Shown: in pieces, positions 1-10,001 of the stretch | How positions within the stretch are numbered: position 1 is the first letter of the stretch | How the letters are laid out: each line of letters begins with the position of its first letter | Origin: a virus | Lineage: Duplodnaviria; Caudoviricetes | IMG/VR virus record: IMGVR_UViG_3300006851_000008 | Location: 1-39,873 of that record | Length of the DNA stretch: 39,873 bases | Reading direction: 5' to 3' (one strand) | Notes under the pieces: generated by a model | What the model saw: the letters and a program-made list of their open reading frames with translations, nothing else | Told to the model about the DNA's origin: nothing | Database searches by the model: none | Position numbers and translations under genes: made by a program

Positions 1-11
1 AATTTAACCTT

Positions 12-19
12 TATATTTG
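12..19 (+). promoter_or_regulatory. Bacteroidota sigma-A -7 element (TAnnTTTG) for the tRNA gene
   Basis: TATATTTG ~30 nt upstream of the tRNA matches the Bacteroidota TAnnTTTG consensus. Confidence 0.7.
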
Positions 20-48
20 CAACCATAATCCTGAGAAGGAAGAATTTT

Positions 49-122
49 GGTCGCGTAGCTCAGCTGGATAGAGCATCTCCCTTCTAAGGAGACGGTCGGA
101 GGTTCGAATCCTCCCGCGATCA
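49..122 (+). tRNA. tRNA-Arg(TCT), probable prophage integration site
   Basis: Acceptor stem GGTCGCG/CGCGATC; D-arm GCTCAGCTGGATAGAGC; anticodon stem TCTCC/GGAGA with loop CTTCTAA (anticodon TCT at 83-85); T-arm GGAGGTTCGAATCCTCC. Confidence 0.97.
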
Positions 123-153
123 CTAATGCATCGTTTCTTTACTAACGCATATC

Positions 154-208
154 ACTAGTTGTGTAGTTGTAAGCATGCCACCTGCTTGCAACTACACATA
201 TAACTAGT
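154..208. repeat. Long imperfect inverted repeat directly upstream of the integrase start
   Basis: ACTAGTTGTGTAGTTGTAAGCA (154-175) pairs with TGCTTGCAACTACACATATAACTAGT (183-208), with one bulge. Confidence 0.75.
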
Positions 209-211
209 AAA

Positions 212-1405
212 ATGGGAACATTATTAAATTCTTGCACAGATCTTGACACAAAAAAAAGAGCTGTGTCGATACGATTAAAATTTATACTTCATTCTTATAT
301 AAATAAGGATGGAGAACAACAAGTCATGTTGCGTATATCTGCAAATGGCATGACTAGAATTGGACTGAAAATATACGGGAAGTCCAAATACTTTATACCT
401 GAGAAAGGAAGATTCAGAGAGGTAAGCAGTGCTTATAGGGATAAGAATATCCTTATTGCTCAGAACGAATCTAGAGCCAATGAGATTGTTATTCAAGCAA
501 GACTGCAAAATATAACATTGGATTACTTAGCTTTTAAAAAAGCGTTCGAAGAAAAAATATATACAACAAACTTTATAGACTTTATTCGCGCTAGCTTAGA
601 ACGGGAAAGAGAAGAAATTACAGAAGGAACATACCATAGGTATAAATCTATAATAAGAAAGCTTTCGAAAATGTACAATGACAGTATCCCATTCGACAAT
701 ATAAATGAAATGTGGATAGATGATTTTCGCAGTAAACTAGTGAAGTTAGGAAATGCTGATACTACTATTGCTGCCAATCTTAATGCTGTTAAAAAGTATT
801 TGAATGTAGCTCGAAAATATAGAATTCGATTAAATATTGATCCACGCGATATTAAATCAGGTAGTACTCGTGGTGCTAAATCACATCTAAGCCAAAAACA
901 GGTAAGTAAACTTCTAGAATATTATTTTAATAAATTTATTACAGAAGAAGTTAAGCTTGTATTAGGCTACTTTTTGTTGGGTTGTTATTGGGGAATGCGT
1001 TTTAGTGACTTAATGAAATTGAAAAGAAAAGAAGTGCTTAAAGGCGAGTTCTATTATGTAGCACAAAAAACAAAACGATACGAAAGTCAAACACAGAAAG
1101 TAGTTGTTTCTGAAAGTACACGCGAAATTATAAATAACTGTGAAAAGCTATTTGATAAAAAACTCTCTAATCAATATGTGAATAGAGAGTTGAAAAAAAT
1201 AGCAAGAACAGTAAAGATAAAGCAGAACATTACATTCCACACCTCTAGACATACTTTTGCAACAAATTTCCTAAATGCCGGGGGGACTGTTGAAGATCTG
1301 CAAATACTTTTAGTTCACAGTGATATTTCGCAAACAATGGAGTATGTGCATATAAACAATCAAGAAATTGCTAGTAAATTGAATATTTTAGACAGTTACT
1401 ACTAG
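212..1405 (+). CDS. int: Tyrosine recombinase / phage integrase (Bacteroidota arm-binding + SAM-like + catalytic domains)
   Basis: Catalytic motifs GMRFSD, HTSRHTF and VHSDISQTMEY; adjacent to tRNA. Confidence 0.95.
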   Translation: MGTLLNSCTDLDTKKRAVSIRLKFILHSYINKDGEQQVMLRISANGMTRIGLKIYGKSKYFIPEKGRFREVSSAYRDKNILIAQNESRANEIVIQARLQNITLDYLAFKKAFEEKIYTTNFIDFIRASLEREREEITEGTYHRYKSIIRKLSKMYNDSIPFDNINEMWIDDFRSKLVKLGNADTTIAANLNAVKKYLNVARKYRIRLNIDPRDIKSGSTRGAKSHLSQKQVSKLLEYYFNKFITEEVKLVLGYFLLGCYWGMRFSDLMKLKRKEVLKGEFYYVAQKTKRYESQTQKVVVSESTREIINNCEKLFDKKLSNQYVNRELKKIARTVKIKQNITFHTSRHTFATNFLNAGGTVEDLQILLVHSDISQTMEYVHINNQEIASKLNILDSYY

Positions 1406-3240
1406 AGCTTTCGAGTCTCAAGATTTACATGAAACACGTTTTCATTTACTCTAGTTATCTGTAAAGTATCAACCAGAAGATAACTAGAGTACATATATAT
1501 AGTGGAGTTTTCATCGAAGACGAGGTCATTAGCAAGTATCTGCAACTCTTCGGAGTAGGCTAAACTGTTTAATGCCACTCGATTAAACTCTTCATATAGA
1601 CCTATAATGTTTTGTAACTTATATTCATTTAGCACTTGTTGTGATAACGGATAGCTGGACACAACTATTTGGGTATTATCATCTGTAAAAAGGAAAGGGG
1701 CGTTTGTATTGTTTTTATCTTTCAATTTCATAGTGACCAGCCTAATGAAAAAATCAATTACTTCTTCTGGCACATATCTTGGATTGTAATCCATGGATCT
1801 AGATGTAACCAGAACATTTGGGTAATAGTCTTTATCATGTTCGTTGAAAATTTCACCGTGAGTGTACAAATAACCTAAGGTTTTGTTGGTTATACGCTCT
1901 GGCTCATTCTCATATTTAGATAAATCATGCGCTCTACCTTTATCACCTAATTTAAGTTTATTTACAATTAACTTATCACCTAAAGGAATAGGAGGAGCGT
2001 AACCTCTTGCTTTTCTTACAGCATCGAAAAACTCACCGTAGGTAACGGTTGGAACACATTCGCTTAGGTCTATATGTTTTGGGATTTGCAATGTGGAAAC
2101 AGGATTACCATCAATATCATAGCTTGTAAGTTTAGAAACAGTAATATCTAATAAAGTAAAATCATACACTAACTCCCCATCATCGCCCCATTTGCTTGCA
2201 TTTTGGAATGCTTCAAAATATAATTTTTCCCCGAGGATACCTGGTGTTACATCAACGATGAAGTCTATATTAAAGTACTTATAATCCTTATCATTTACAT
2301 TATACTCGACTATAGTTTCATTATTAAATTTAAAGTTTGCATTTACATTTCCGGAATACCAACCAGATTTATTCAACATTAGGTTTCCAGATATTTTATA
2401 TCTACCTAGAGATGTGAATTCTATCTCTTTAGTGTACTCACAATATAAATCTACAACAGCTATCACTGAATCGTACTCATCGGCTTTAATGTAAATTTCT
2501 TCATTCTCTACATCGGTTATTTGGTGGTAGTATTCCGATAAGGTTATGAGCGTAGTTTTCTCCAACACTTCATCGTTCAGTATATCACCGCTCAACTCAA
2601 AACCTGTGCCTTCCAAACCCTTATGTAGTACATGCATAATATATGGAGTGGGTTGCATTATGTTGTAGTTTAGTTGTAAATCATCTTCGGCGTCGTATTC
2701 ATTCTGTACATAATTATTATTTCGATAAAGATTTACCGTGCCTTTAAAGAATTCCCACTCATCTGTATCTGTGTTTATAATACCTTCTTCTAAATGAAAA
2801 GCACTAAAGTTATATACTGTTTCTGGATAAGTTTTATCCCTAAGTGATTCTGCTATTGTATATATAGTTTCTGGCTCTTCGACTTCCTGTTTGTATAGCG
2901 GTAAATCCGATAACATTATATTTTCGTTTGGGAAACCTTCCAATCCATACACAACGCGCAACTCTACAGTACGCCCTTTGATAGAGTCGATATGCAGTAC
3001 TGCCTTTTGCACACGGTTGAATGACTCGAACCTAACGTCTTCGTAAATGCTATTTATGTTCTGACTATATAAATCGGTTAAATAACCAAGGGCAGCATTT
3101 TCCTGCTCGGTTAAGGTAACTGAAAACGGAAAAGTGTAGTTATAGGTTAATGAATCTTGAAATATATTATTAACAAGATTTGTGGTAAAGTCTATAGGTA
3201 AATCTATAGTAAATCTAGAATGAATAATTCTGAATGTCAT
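1402..3240 (-). CDS. Putative distal tail/baseplate structural protein
   Basis: 612-aa ORF at the end of the tail operon; N-terminal Y(T/S)FPF motif; function inferred from position. Confidence 0.55.
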   Translation of the reverse strand: MTFRIIHSRFTIDLPIDFTTNLVNNIFQDSLTYNYTFPFSVTLTEQENAALGYLTDLYSQNINSIYEDVRFESFNRVQKAVLHIDSIKGRTVELRVVYGLEGFPNENIMLSDLPLYKQEVEEPETIYTIAESLRDKTYPETVYNFSAFHLEEGIINTDTDEWEFFKGTVNLYRNNNYVQNEYDAEDDLQLNYNIMQPTPYIMHVLHKGLEGTGFELSGDILNDEVLEKTTLITLSEYYHQITDVENEEIYIKADEYDSVIAVVDLYCEYTKEIEFTSLGRYKISGNLMLNKSGWYSGNVNANFKFNNETIVEYNVNDKDYKYFNIDFIVDVTPGILGEKLYFEAFQNASKWGDDGELVYDFTLLDITVSKLTSYDIDGNPVSTLQIPKHIDLSECVPTVTYGEFFDAVRKARGYAPPIPLGDKLIVNKLKLGDKGRAHDLSKYENEPERITNKTLGYLYTHGEIFNEHDKDYYPNVLVTSRSMDYNPRYVPEEVIDFFIRLVTMKLKDKNNTNAPFLFTDDNTQIVVSSYPLSQQVLNEYKLQNIIGLYEEFNRVALNSLAYSEELQILANDLVFDENSTIYMYSSYLLVDTLQITRVNENVFHVNLETRKL

Positions 3241-3442
3241 CTGTGTTTATTTTAAATTCTAAATCGGCTTCATATAATTCAGCATCGCTAACAATTGATT
3301 CCTGATATTCGTTTGGAATAATAGGAATGTAATCCCCACTCTCTGTATGCAACCACACTTGTTTCGCATTCATTAATCTATATACTAGATTTTTATCTTG
3401 CATGAGGCAATGTCCAGTATTGATTTTGAGCTTATGGTTCAT
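3215..3442 (-). CDS. 75-aa ORF, possibly the frameshifted C-terminus of the 613-aa tail protein
   Basis: ATGA overlap with the upstream gene; its frame is open for 9 codons before the ATG. Confidence 0.5.
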   Translation of the reverse strand: MNHKLKINTGHCLMQDKNLVYRLMNAKQVWLHTESGDYIPIIPNEYQESIVSDAELYEADLEFKINTDDIQNYSF

Positions 3443-5280
3443 TTTATTATAAGGCGGAGTATTTCTCTCTTAAAATCCAAAGTTCTATCAACATCTATGC
3501 TTACACCTTCAACCTCCAAGATGCTGACCCCCGCAGTAGCAAAGGACTCTAAGGTGTCATACTCGTTTATGAATAGCAAGTGACTGATTTTATAGTTTGG
3601 TAACGGACCTGGGAAAACTACATAAGAAGATTCATAGAACAATCCGTCGGCTGGATGGCCATACTTCACTCTATAACTTATAATGTCGCCAGATGTACCA
3701 GTTATCATGCTTTTAAATCCAAACACATCGGTAGATGAGTTTATAGATTTATGTTCTATAAGTGTATCGTTTTTAAACACTTCTATAAACACATTATCTT
3801 TAACACTCATAAGATTAAGGATAATATAACTGTTATTATACACTCGTTGTAACAGATTCTTGCGTTTAAGTACTCCCACTTCGTCATTAAATTGTACAGG
3901 TGTATGACCCTTCCAAAAAGCAGTGTTGTAAAACTCCTCGTAATTAATAGTCTCTTCGTCTGCATCAATGCTCATAGCTGTAATGTCGGTTACAAAAAGA
4001 TTTCTATAGAAATACTCATCTGCTTGTAAGTTTACTTTTGGTCTTGGAATTAAATGTTTTACATGTTGACCAATATGGAATGTAGATTTATTTTTAAAAT
4101 GTGCTTTTTCCACCACATTACCGATCATTCTACCATCATCAAACGCTCTGATATCTATAACTGATTTTGCTAAGTTTGGTGCATATAACGTGGTTATTTT
4201 ATTGTCGGCTATAAAATTAACCAATCGCCAAACACGAAGATTTAAATCAATTCCTTTTATAATTGTATATGTAACTGGGATACGTGTATTAAGCACCCCT
4301 TGCATAATAATATTGACTGACCCACGTAGTACCGAAGGTCCGAAATTTACAGAATTCCATGGTGTAAGCTCTATACTTGTGCTATGGCTTCCAGATGTCT
4401 TGTCAATATTTAACCAACTAGGACTTTCTATGGTAAAATTACCAACTCCTTGCAAATCTACTTTAACTGGTTCTGCTTCCTCGTAGTCTTTTATTGCTTT
4501 GAACGAAACTTCATTTGGGATTGCTTGGTAACCCATTTCTTCCTCTACATTTACATGACAGGTAGCCGAACTGTCGTTTGCATTGTTGTATAGATGTATT
4601 GGGTAATCAAATAGACCTATACTTTCGTCGATTAGTTTTAACTTTAAATTATCGGTTGAATTTAAAGAATAAATAGTGTAATCTGTAGTAACCACTTCGT
4701 TAGTAATATGATCTGACACTACTTTAAGTGCATTAGGAATTTGCAGGTTAAAAATGCCATTAGCCATTACATTATAATCTACTGTAGGAAGTGAACTTCC
4801 TTGAAAATGAGATATACTAATATTTGGAGCATAAACATCATTGTTAGATAAGACTAATACATTGATAGGTATCGTTATTTCTTCTAATGGAGGTTGATTA
4901 GTTTTAGCACTACCAATAAACTGAGTGCTATTATTAATTGTTATTCGAATCGATCCTGTTCTTAATCCATACCCCATAGCTGACGTTTCAATTAATAATG
5001 GCAATAAAACAATTGCTCTATTATTAATATTTACAGTTGTAGTATTTAAAAACTCGCCTTGTGGAACTATCCAACTGTCAGACACTTCAATTCTAATTTG
5101 ACGTTGAATGAATTGGGTGTCGGTATATCCTTGTGCAATGGATATGGTTTTTGAGATGTTAGTGGAAGTTCCACTAATAAAGCTTTGTACATTCACAGAG
5201 CTAGGAGTAACCTTGAAAGGACGGTGAACTTGATAAGCGGTAAGCGAAAACTTCTGATCTGATCTATATTTTATATTCAT
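3439..5280 (-). CDS. Putative tail protein with BACON/Ig-like segment
   Basis: 613 aa, beta-rich; 'FTIESPSWLNIDKTSG' resembles a BACON-type motif; downstream of tape measure. Confidence 0.55.
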   Translation of the reverse strand: MNIKYRSDQKFSLTAYQVHRPFKVTPSSVNVQSFISGTSTNISKTISIAQGYTDTQFIQRQIRIEVSDSWIVPQGEFLNTTTVNINNRAIVLLPLLIETSAMGYGLRTGSIRITINNSTQFIGSAKTNQPPLEEITIPINVLVLSNNDVYAPNISISHFQGSSLPTVDYNVMANGIFNLQIPNALKVVSDHITNEVVTTDYTIYSLNSTDNLKLKLIDESIGLFDYPIHLYNNANDSSATCHVNVEEEMGYQAIPNEVSFKAIKDYEEAEPVKVDLQGVGNFTIESPSWLNIDKTSGSHSTSIELTPWNSVNFGPSVLRGSVNIIMQGVLNTRIPVTYTIIKGIDLNLRVWRLVNFIADNKITTLYAPNLAKSVIDIRAFDDGRMIGNVVEKAHFKNKSTFHIGQHVKHLIPRPKVNLQADEYFYRNLFVTDITAMSIDADEETINYEEFYNTAFWKGHTPVQFNDEVGVLKRKNLLQRVYNNSYIILNLMSVKDNVFIEVFKNDTLIEHKSINSSTDVFGFKSMITGTSGDIISYRVKYGHPADGLFYESSYVVFPGPLPNYKISHLLFINEYDTLESFATAGVSILEVEGVSIDVDRTLDFKREILRLIIK

Positions 5281-5660
5281 AATATATTGTTTGGTATGTT
5301 AGTTTGGATTCGCATTCCGTTAATAATTTCGGTGGAATCGCCTGGCATATTCCAAATCTCAATGTAATGGCCATCGATAATTAACTGTAAGCAGTTATCC
5401 ACAATCATTGATGAGTGTAGTGAGTCACCAAATTCTTGTTCAACTTTACCCCCTATTGTTCCCAATACACCTTTTCTTTGTTGCACAAGATCGCTAGTGT
5501 AAACCAATGCAGACACATATATATCTTCCATTGGCACATCTCCCTTTAAGATTCGGCCAACTGTTCCAGTTATTGCCAATGATGGTTCCAACCTTAGTAT
5601 TTGATTGTGGATAACGTTTACTGCGTTATCATCAAAAATTTCATTTGCTACAAAATTCAT
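5277..5660 (-). CDS. Hypothetical phage protein (tail module)
   Basis: 127-aa ORF coupled between tape measure and tail gene. Confidence 0.6.
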   Translation of the reverse strand: MNFVANEIFDDNAVNVIHNQILRLEPSLAITGTVGRILKGDVPMEDIYVSALVYTSDLVQQRKGVLGTIGGKVEQEFGDSLHSSMIVDNCLQLIIDGHYIEIWNMPGDSTEIINGMRIQTNIPNNIL

Positions 5661-5675
5661 TAGTTAATTGTTTTG

Positions 5676-8600
5676 TTAGTTCACTATACTTTCTTCTTTT
5701 ATTCGATTTAGCCTGCGCAAATCTTCTTCTATTTGGCTTGCGTTTTTCATGTTTCGAACTAGTTTGGCTTCAATTCCATTCTTAAGAATTTCTATTAACT
5801 CTTGGTTTGCCAATATTCCTGATTCTATATAAGCGTTGAGCAGTGCGTAGTCTGCTGAGCTTGTATCTGCCTGTGGATATAGTCCATCTTCAAATCCACG
5901 TACGCGGTTTATTTCGCTATGCAACAATGACTTTATCTCTGGTGAGAAACGCTTGTAATGGCCACCGCTTATAATCATCTCGGGTTTGCTTTTGCCTTCT
6001 TCGCCTGCCATGAATACGGTAGGGAAGTCTACTTCGCCCGAATCGGACTGGCCACCGTAGCGAGCGTTGAATATTTTGCCGTCTTGCTCTCGCTGTACTG
6101 GGTATAACCCTTTTTCGTAACCACGTGCCGGTAGTGGAGTAGACATAGCAACCCCAAGTTGTGCAGCACCTACACCACCAATAATACCAGCAAGAACTAA
6201 GTTTGGCGGAATAGAGGTTAAGGCTGATGTAATACCCAAGGCTGTGTTTTGCATGATTTGTGCAATGGCCATCTCCTTTTGGCGTTTAGCTGCATTGTAT
6301 TCAAACTCTGCTTTTTGTTTTGCTAGTTCCTCATCTAGTAGTTTTATTCCTTCGTGATGTTGGCGTTCGCTTATAAGGCCATGCTCCAGCCTACGGTCCA
6401 TTTGTTGGCGCATTGTTTCGTTATGCCTTTCAAACTCGTTAAGGCGCTGACGATCCTTATTGTTCTGAAACTCATTGAACATTGCCCAGGCGTTTGTCAT
6501 GCCTTGAACTGCCGCCGATATTGCTTGTATTTTATCTTCGGTTGTTTCTAGATTCTCGAAGGTTTGCTCCCATTGGCCAACGGTAAATCCTAATATATCT
6601 ACACCTTCGGCATAAGTAGGATCGGTAGATGCTTCTGGATCATCTTCATCGTCTTTACCACCGCGTATTTTTGCAATCTTGTTGCTTACTTCTTCTAAGC
6701 GCTCAAGTATTTCGTCTTTTTCCTCTTCGCTCAATATGTCTAATGACATTTGATTGAACTCCGATTCGTTTAATATATTCTTGTACTTCTCTAACATAGA
6801 GAGCAAGAATTCTTCCTCTCGCTTTAGTTCTTCGTCCTGATATTTTTTCTTTGCTCGTTTACGTGCTTCTTGGTTGTTGCCAAGTGTAGCCAATTCTTCG
6901 TGATGCGCTGTTTCGCGTATTCCTTTTTGTCGTAGGAATTCCTTTTCTTCTTCGCTTATGGCATCGGCAATAGCTTTTTGAAGAATTGCTGCTTTATCTC
7001 GTTGGAATATTTCGTCCGATAAAAGTATTTGTTTGTTTATACTTTCGTTTATAGCTATCTGCTCTTCGCTAAGCTCTTCGCCTTCTTCAAGGTTGTCTTT
7101 TAGTTGTTTTATTTTATCGGCATGAGCAATTCTTAACGCATCTAGTTGTTGTTCTAGCGAATCTTCTATAAGCTTGTTTTCCTTAGCGAGTTGGTCTTGT
7201 AGGGTTTTATAGAGTTTGTCGTTTAGGGCTTTAAGTTCTCTTTCTGCTTTATCTGGATCACCTATTCTATGTGTGTAATCATCATCGTCATCACCACCAC
7301 TCATAAGCTCTGGATTTTCTTTATAAAGTTCTTCAATAGCTTTTAGAAAAGCTTCATACTCGCTATTGAGTTCTCTAATTTTTTTATTCTTAACCTCTTC
7401 AAAAACTTGTTCTGTTCGTTCTGTTGAAAGACCTTGAGTTGTAAGTCCAATTAATACTTTTCTATACCATGCTATATCGTCTGAATCTCTTGCTTCTGCT
7501 TCTCTTATTTCTTTCTGTTTTTCCACCAAGAGTTCCCTAAGTGCTTCTGCTTGCATTTGTTTTTTTAAAGACGCTACATATTTATCTATTGCTATTCGTC
7601 CTTTATCCATTGCCTTTTTTGAAAGGTCTAGGTTTTTGTTGTAATCAGGAACAATTTTATTTATTTCTTTAATTGCCCCGATACGTGCTTCTTCGCTTGC
7701 ATTAACATCTTCTGCAATTGACTGCCATGCTTTTAACATTGTAGTTCTAGAAGCAACGTTCTTTTCGGCTGTAATATTAGCTTCATTTAAATCGTTCTGT
7801 ATTCGTTTTGCTCGACTTACTTCCTTACCAAATATTCTAAAAGCTGTATAAACTGCTACAATTCCTGCTAGCAATAACCCTAATGGATTGGCTGATGCAG
7901 TACGATTGAAAAGCACCATTGCAGCGCGAGCGCGAGTAATTTGCCCTGTAAGTGCATAGAACGCAGCTCTTCCTAATAATAGGCTAGAGTTCACAAGTCG
8001 CTGGGTTATTACTAGCGCTTTTTTAACAGCTATATAGGCACGCGTAGAACGGTAAGCGTTATTGGTGAATAATGCAGTAAGTCGTAATCCTGCATTATAG
8101 CTAGCTACTGTTGCTATTGCAACAGCTAAAATTTTAATGAATAATACAAGAGTTCTTCTAAAACGAGTAACTCTTCCGTCTGCATCTTCTGCAGCACCAA
8201 TAAACTTAGCAAACCAGTTAACACTATCTTCAAGCCAAGTAACTAATGTATCTGATAAGAATATACCTCTCATCCATTTTGCTATTTTTTCGTAGGTTGC
8301 AGCGAGGTTGTTGTTTTTAATTTCATATTCATCTAACATACTGGTTGCTTCTTCCATACCAACTTTAGAAATGTCCATTAATTTTCTAAACCTATCTGTA
8401 TTAGCACTTAATGCACCTATAGATTTTGTAGCAGCGTCAGCATTTACTCCAAGATATTTGAATATTTCTCCAATCTCGGTTGCACTTGCACCTTTAAGAC
8501 TTTCTCCGAATTGAAGCATGAATTCAGTTGGGTCCTCATTCAATAGATTTTGAACTTCTTCGTTTGTCCATCCCATTACTTCGGCAAACTTCTCTGTGTT

Positions 8601-9674
8601 GGTAGTTGCTTGGCGTAAAACAATTCCCCAAGCTCTAGAACCTACCTCCGCTTTAATTCCTGCTTCCTCAAATCCCGCACCTAATGCCAACGCTGCTGAA
8701 GCTGATGGCTTTAATGCCTCTGGCAATGCACCAGTACGTGTAGCAAATGCTGCAATATTTTTTTCTGTTGAAATACCGTTTTTTGCTAATTCATTTAAAG
8801 CAGATCCTATACCGCTATAAGCTTCTGCGACTCCTTGGTCTTTTGTTTCTTCGAATAAGAACTTCAGCTTTCCTAGTACTGGCGCAACTTCTTCGACACC
8901 GCCTGTGAAGCCATCTGCCAATGCTATTGTTGCAATATTTACATACTCAACAAATTCGCCTATTTCTTCTTTGGCTAATCCTAATCGGCCACCTTCTTTA
9001 GCAATTACAAGAAGATCCATTTGTGAGGTGCGAGTATTGAGGTTAGAGAAGGACTTAGTTAACTCGTCTACTTCTTTTCGTGTCATAGAAGTAGTCTTAA
9101 TTACATCTGCTTGTGCATCGGATATTTTATTGTTGAAGTCTATAAATCTTTGTAATGAAAATATAACTCCTGTCATTCCTGCTGTAAGTGACAGAATAAG
9201 TGTACTATACTTGTTGAAACCTTGAGCTAATCGAGAAAAAGCACCTTCTGTATGTCTAGCATTCATTCTGAGCTCGCGCAAACGTGTGTTTACTTTTTTC
9301 AGCTCCCCTTCAAGCTTTATATATTGTTTGCTTCCAGGCACCATGTTTCGCAATTGCAACCTCAATGCTCTTGCACGGCTTTGAAGTTGGCCCATAGTAA
9401 GCCCGGTAACTCCAATTTCCTTTTGGAGTTCTTGCATTCTAGACCTGTTTTGTCTTATTGTAGCGTTTTTCTCTCGTAAGAGTTTAGTAGTCTGTTTGTA
9501 GTCGGCCGATTCTTTTTTTCCAGCTCTTTCTAATCGCACCTTTTCCCTGCGAAGCTCTTTTGTTTCTTCGGTAAGTCCGCGATTAGCTTTTTCTAGGTTA
9601 TATAGTTCTCGCTGCGCTTTGTTTCCATTAACGACAACGTCAAACCTTATTTCTTCACTTCTAATTTTTCTCAT
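5676..9674 (-). CDS. Phage tail tape measure protein
   Basis: 1332 aa, coiled-coil N-terminus, TP901-type core (DAQADVIKTT...), 'ANPLGLLLAGIVA' hydrophobic segment, C-terminal 'AGEEG..PEMII'. Confidence 0.92.
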   Translation of the reverse strand: MRKIRSEEIRFDVVVNGNKAQRELYNLEKANRGLTEETKELRREKVRLERAGKKESADYKQTTKLLREKNATIRQNRSRMQELQKEIGVTGLTMGQLQSRARALRLQLRNMVPGSKQYIKLEGELKKVNTRLRELRMNARHTEGAFSRLAQGFNKYSTLILSLTAGMTGVIFSLQRFIDFNNKISDAQADVIKTTSMTRKEVDELTKSFSNLNTRTSQMDLLVIAKEGGRLGLAKEEIGEFVEYVNIATIALADGFTGGVEEVAPVLGKLKFLFEETKDQGVAEAYSGIGSALNELAKNGISTEKNIAAFATRTGALPEALKPSASAALALGAGFEEAGIKAEVGSRAWGIVLRQATTNTEKFAEVMGWTNEEVQNLLNEDPTEFMLQFGESLKGASATEIGEIFKYLGVNADAATKSIGALSANTDRFRKLMDISKVGMEEATSMLDEYEIKNNNLAATYEKIAKWMRGIFLSDTLVTWLEDSVNWFAKFIGAAEDADGRVTRFRRTLVLFIKILAVAIATVASYNAGLRLTALFTNNAYRSTRAYIAVKKALVITQRLVNSSLLLGRAAFYALTGQITRARAAMVLFNRTASANPLGLLLAGIVAVYTAFRIFGKEVSRAKRIQNDLNEANITAEKNVASRTTMLKAWQSIAEDVNASEEARIGAIKEINKIVPDYNKNLDLSKKAMDKGRIAIDKYVASLKKQMQAEALRELLVEKQKEIREAEARDSDDIAWYRKVLIGLTTQGLSTERTEQVFEEVKNKKIRELNSEYEAFLKAIEELYKENPELMSGGDDDDDYTHRIGDPDKAERELKALNDKLYKTLQDQLAKENKLIEDSLEQQLDALRIAHADKIKQLKDNLEEGEELSEEQIAINESINKQILLSDEIFQRDKAAILQKAIADAISEEEKEFLRQKGIRETAHHEELATLGNNQEARKRAKKKYQDEELKREEEFLLSMLEKYKNILNESEFNQMSLDILSEEEKDEILERLEEVSNKIAKIRGGKDDEDDPEASTDPTYAEGVDILGFTVGQWEQTFENLETTEDKIQAISAAVQGMTNAWAMFNEFQNNKDRQRLNEFERHNETMRQQMDRRLEHGLISERQHHEGIKLLDEELAKQKAEFEYNAAKRQKEMAIAQIMQNTALGITSALTSIPPNLVLAGIIGGVGAAQLGVAMSTPLPARGYEKGLYPVQREQDGKIFNARYGGQSDSGEVDFPTVFMAGEEGKSKPEMIISGGHYKRFSPEIKSLLHSEINRVRGFEDGLYPQADTSSADYALLNAYIESGILANQELIEILKNGIEAKLVRNMKNASQIEEDLRRLNRIKEESIVN

Positions 9675-9723
9675 TACAGTAGGGATTACTATTGTAATGA
9701 TAGATAGAAGCTATGTTTTATTC

Positions 9724-9733
9724 TGTTACATGC
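9724..9733 (-). promoter_or_regulatory. Putative late-promoter upstream motif GCATGTAACA (copy before tape measure)
   Basis: Same motif precedes five minus-strand structural/lysis transcription units at near-constant distance from a -7-like box. Confidence 0.6.
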
Positions 9734-9737
9734 GAAA

Positions 9738-9899
9738 CTAGGGTAGTGTAAATAAGGTAGGGTGGTAAGGATGTGTTATATACTGATCATCGTCTACTAG
9801 ACGCATAGTGTTTTTGTGACGTGTCCAGAGAGAATGTTCTTCTACAGAGAATAGATCGTTAATGTAGATTTCGGAAGTGTTTCTATATCTGTTGGCCAT
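9738..9899 (-). CDS. Unannotated 53-aa ORF (MANRYRNTSEIYINDLFSVEEH...) behind a structured leader
   Basis: Translated by hand: ATG at 9899, TAG at 9738; has its own -7 promoter at 10002-10009. Confidence 0.5.
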   Translation of the reverse strand: MANRYRNTSEIYINDLFSVEEHSLWTRHKNTMRLVDDDQYITHPYHPTLFTLP

Positions 9900-9905
9900 A
9901 ATAAA

Positions 9906-9997
9906 GTAGGAGGTGGTTGACCAACAGTAATACTGACGGCAGGACTTGCACCTGCACTCCTCCTACAAGGTGTTCATCAGTATTAAAAATGTTGGTC
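9906..9997 (-). ncRNA. Putative structured leader RNA (nested stems, T-loop-like hairpin, pseudoknot)
   Basis: GACCAACA/TGTTGGTC, AATACTGA/TCAGTATT, GCAGG-TGCAAGT-CCTGC and crossing GTAGGAGG/CCTCCTAC pairings, all perfect. Confidence 0.6.
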
Positions 9998-10001
9998 GAT
10001 A

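Noticed and set aside
212-1405. Integron integrase acting on the attC-like site
   Set aside because: Bacteroidota arm-type integrase next to a tRNA; no IntI-specific insertion apparent and 19 kb from the cassette.
9939-9955. tRNA fragment or att duplicate
   Set aside because: Only a T-arm-like hairpin; no match to the tRNA-Arg 3' end and no cloverleaf.
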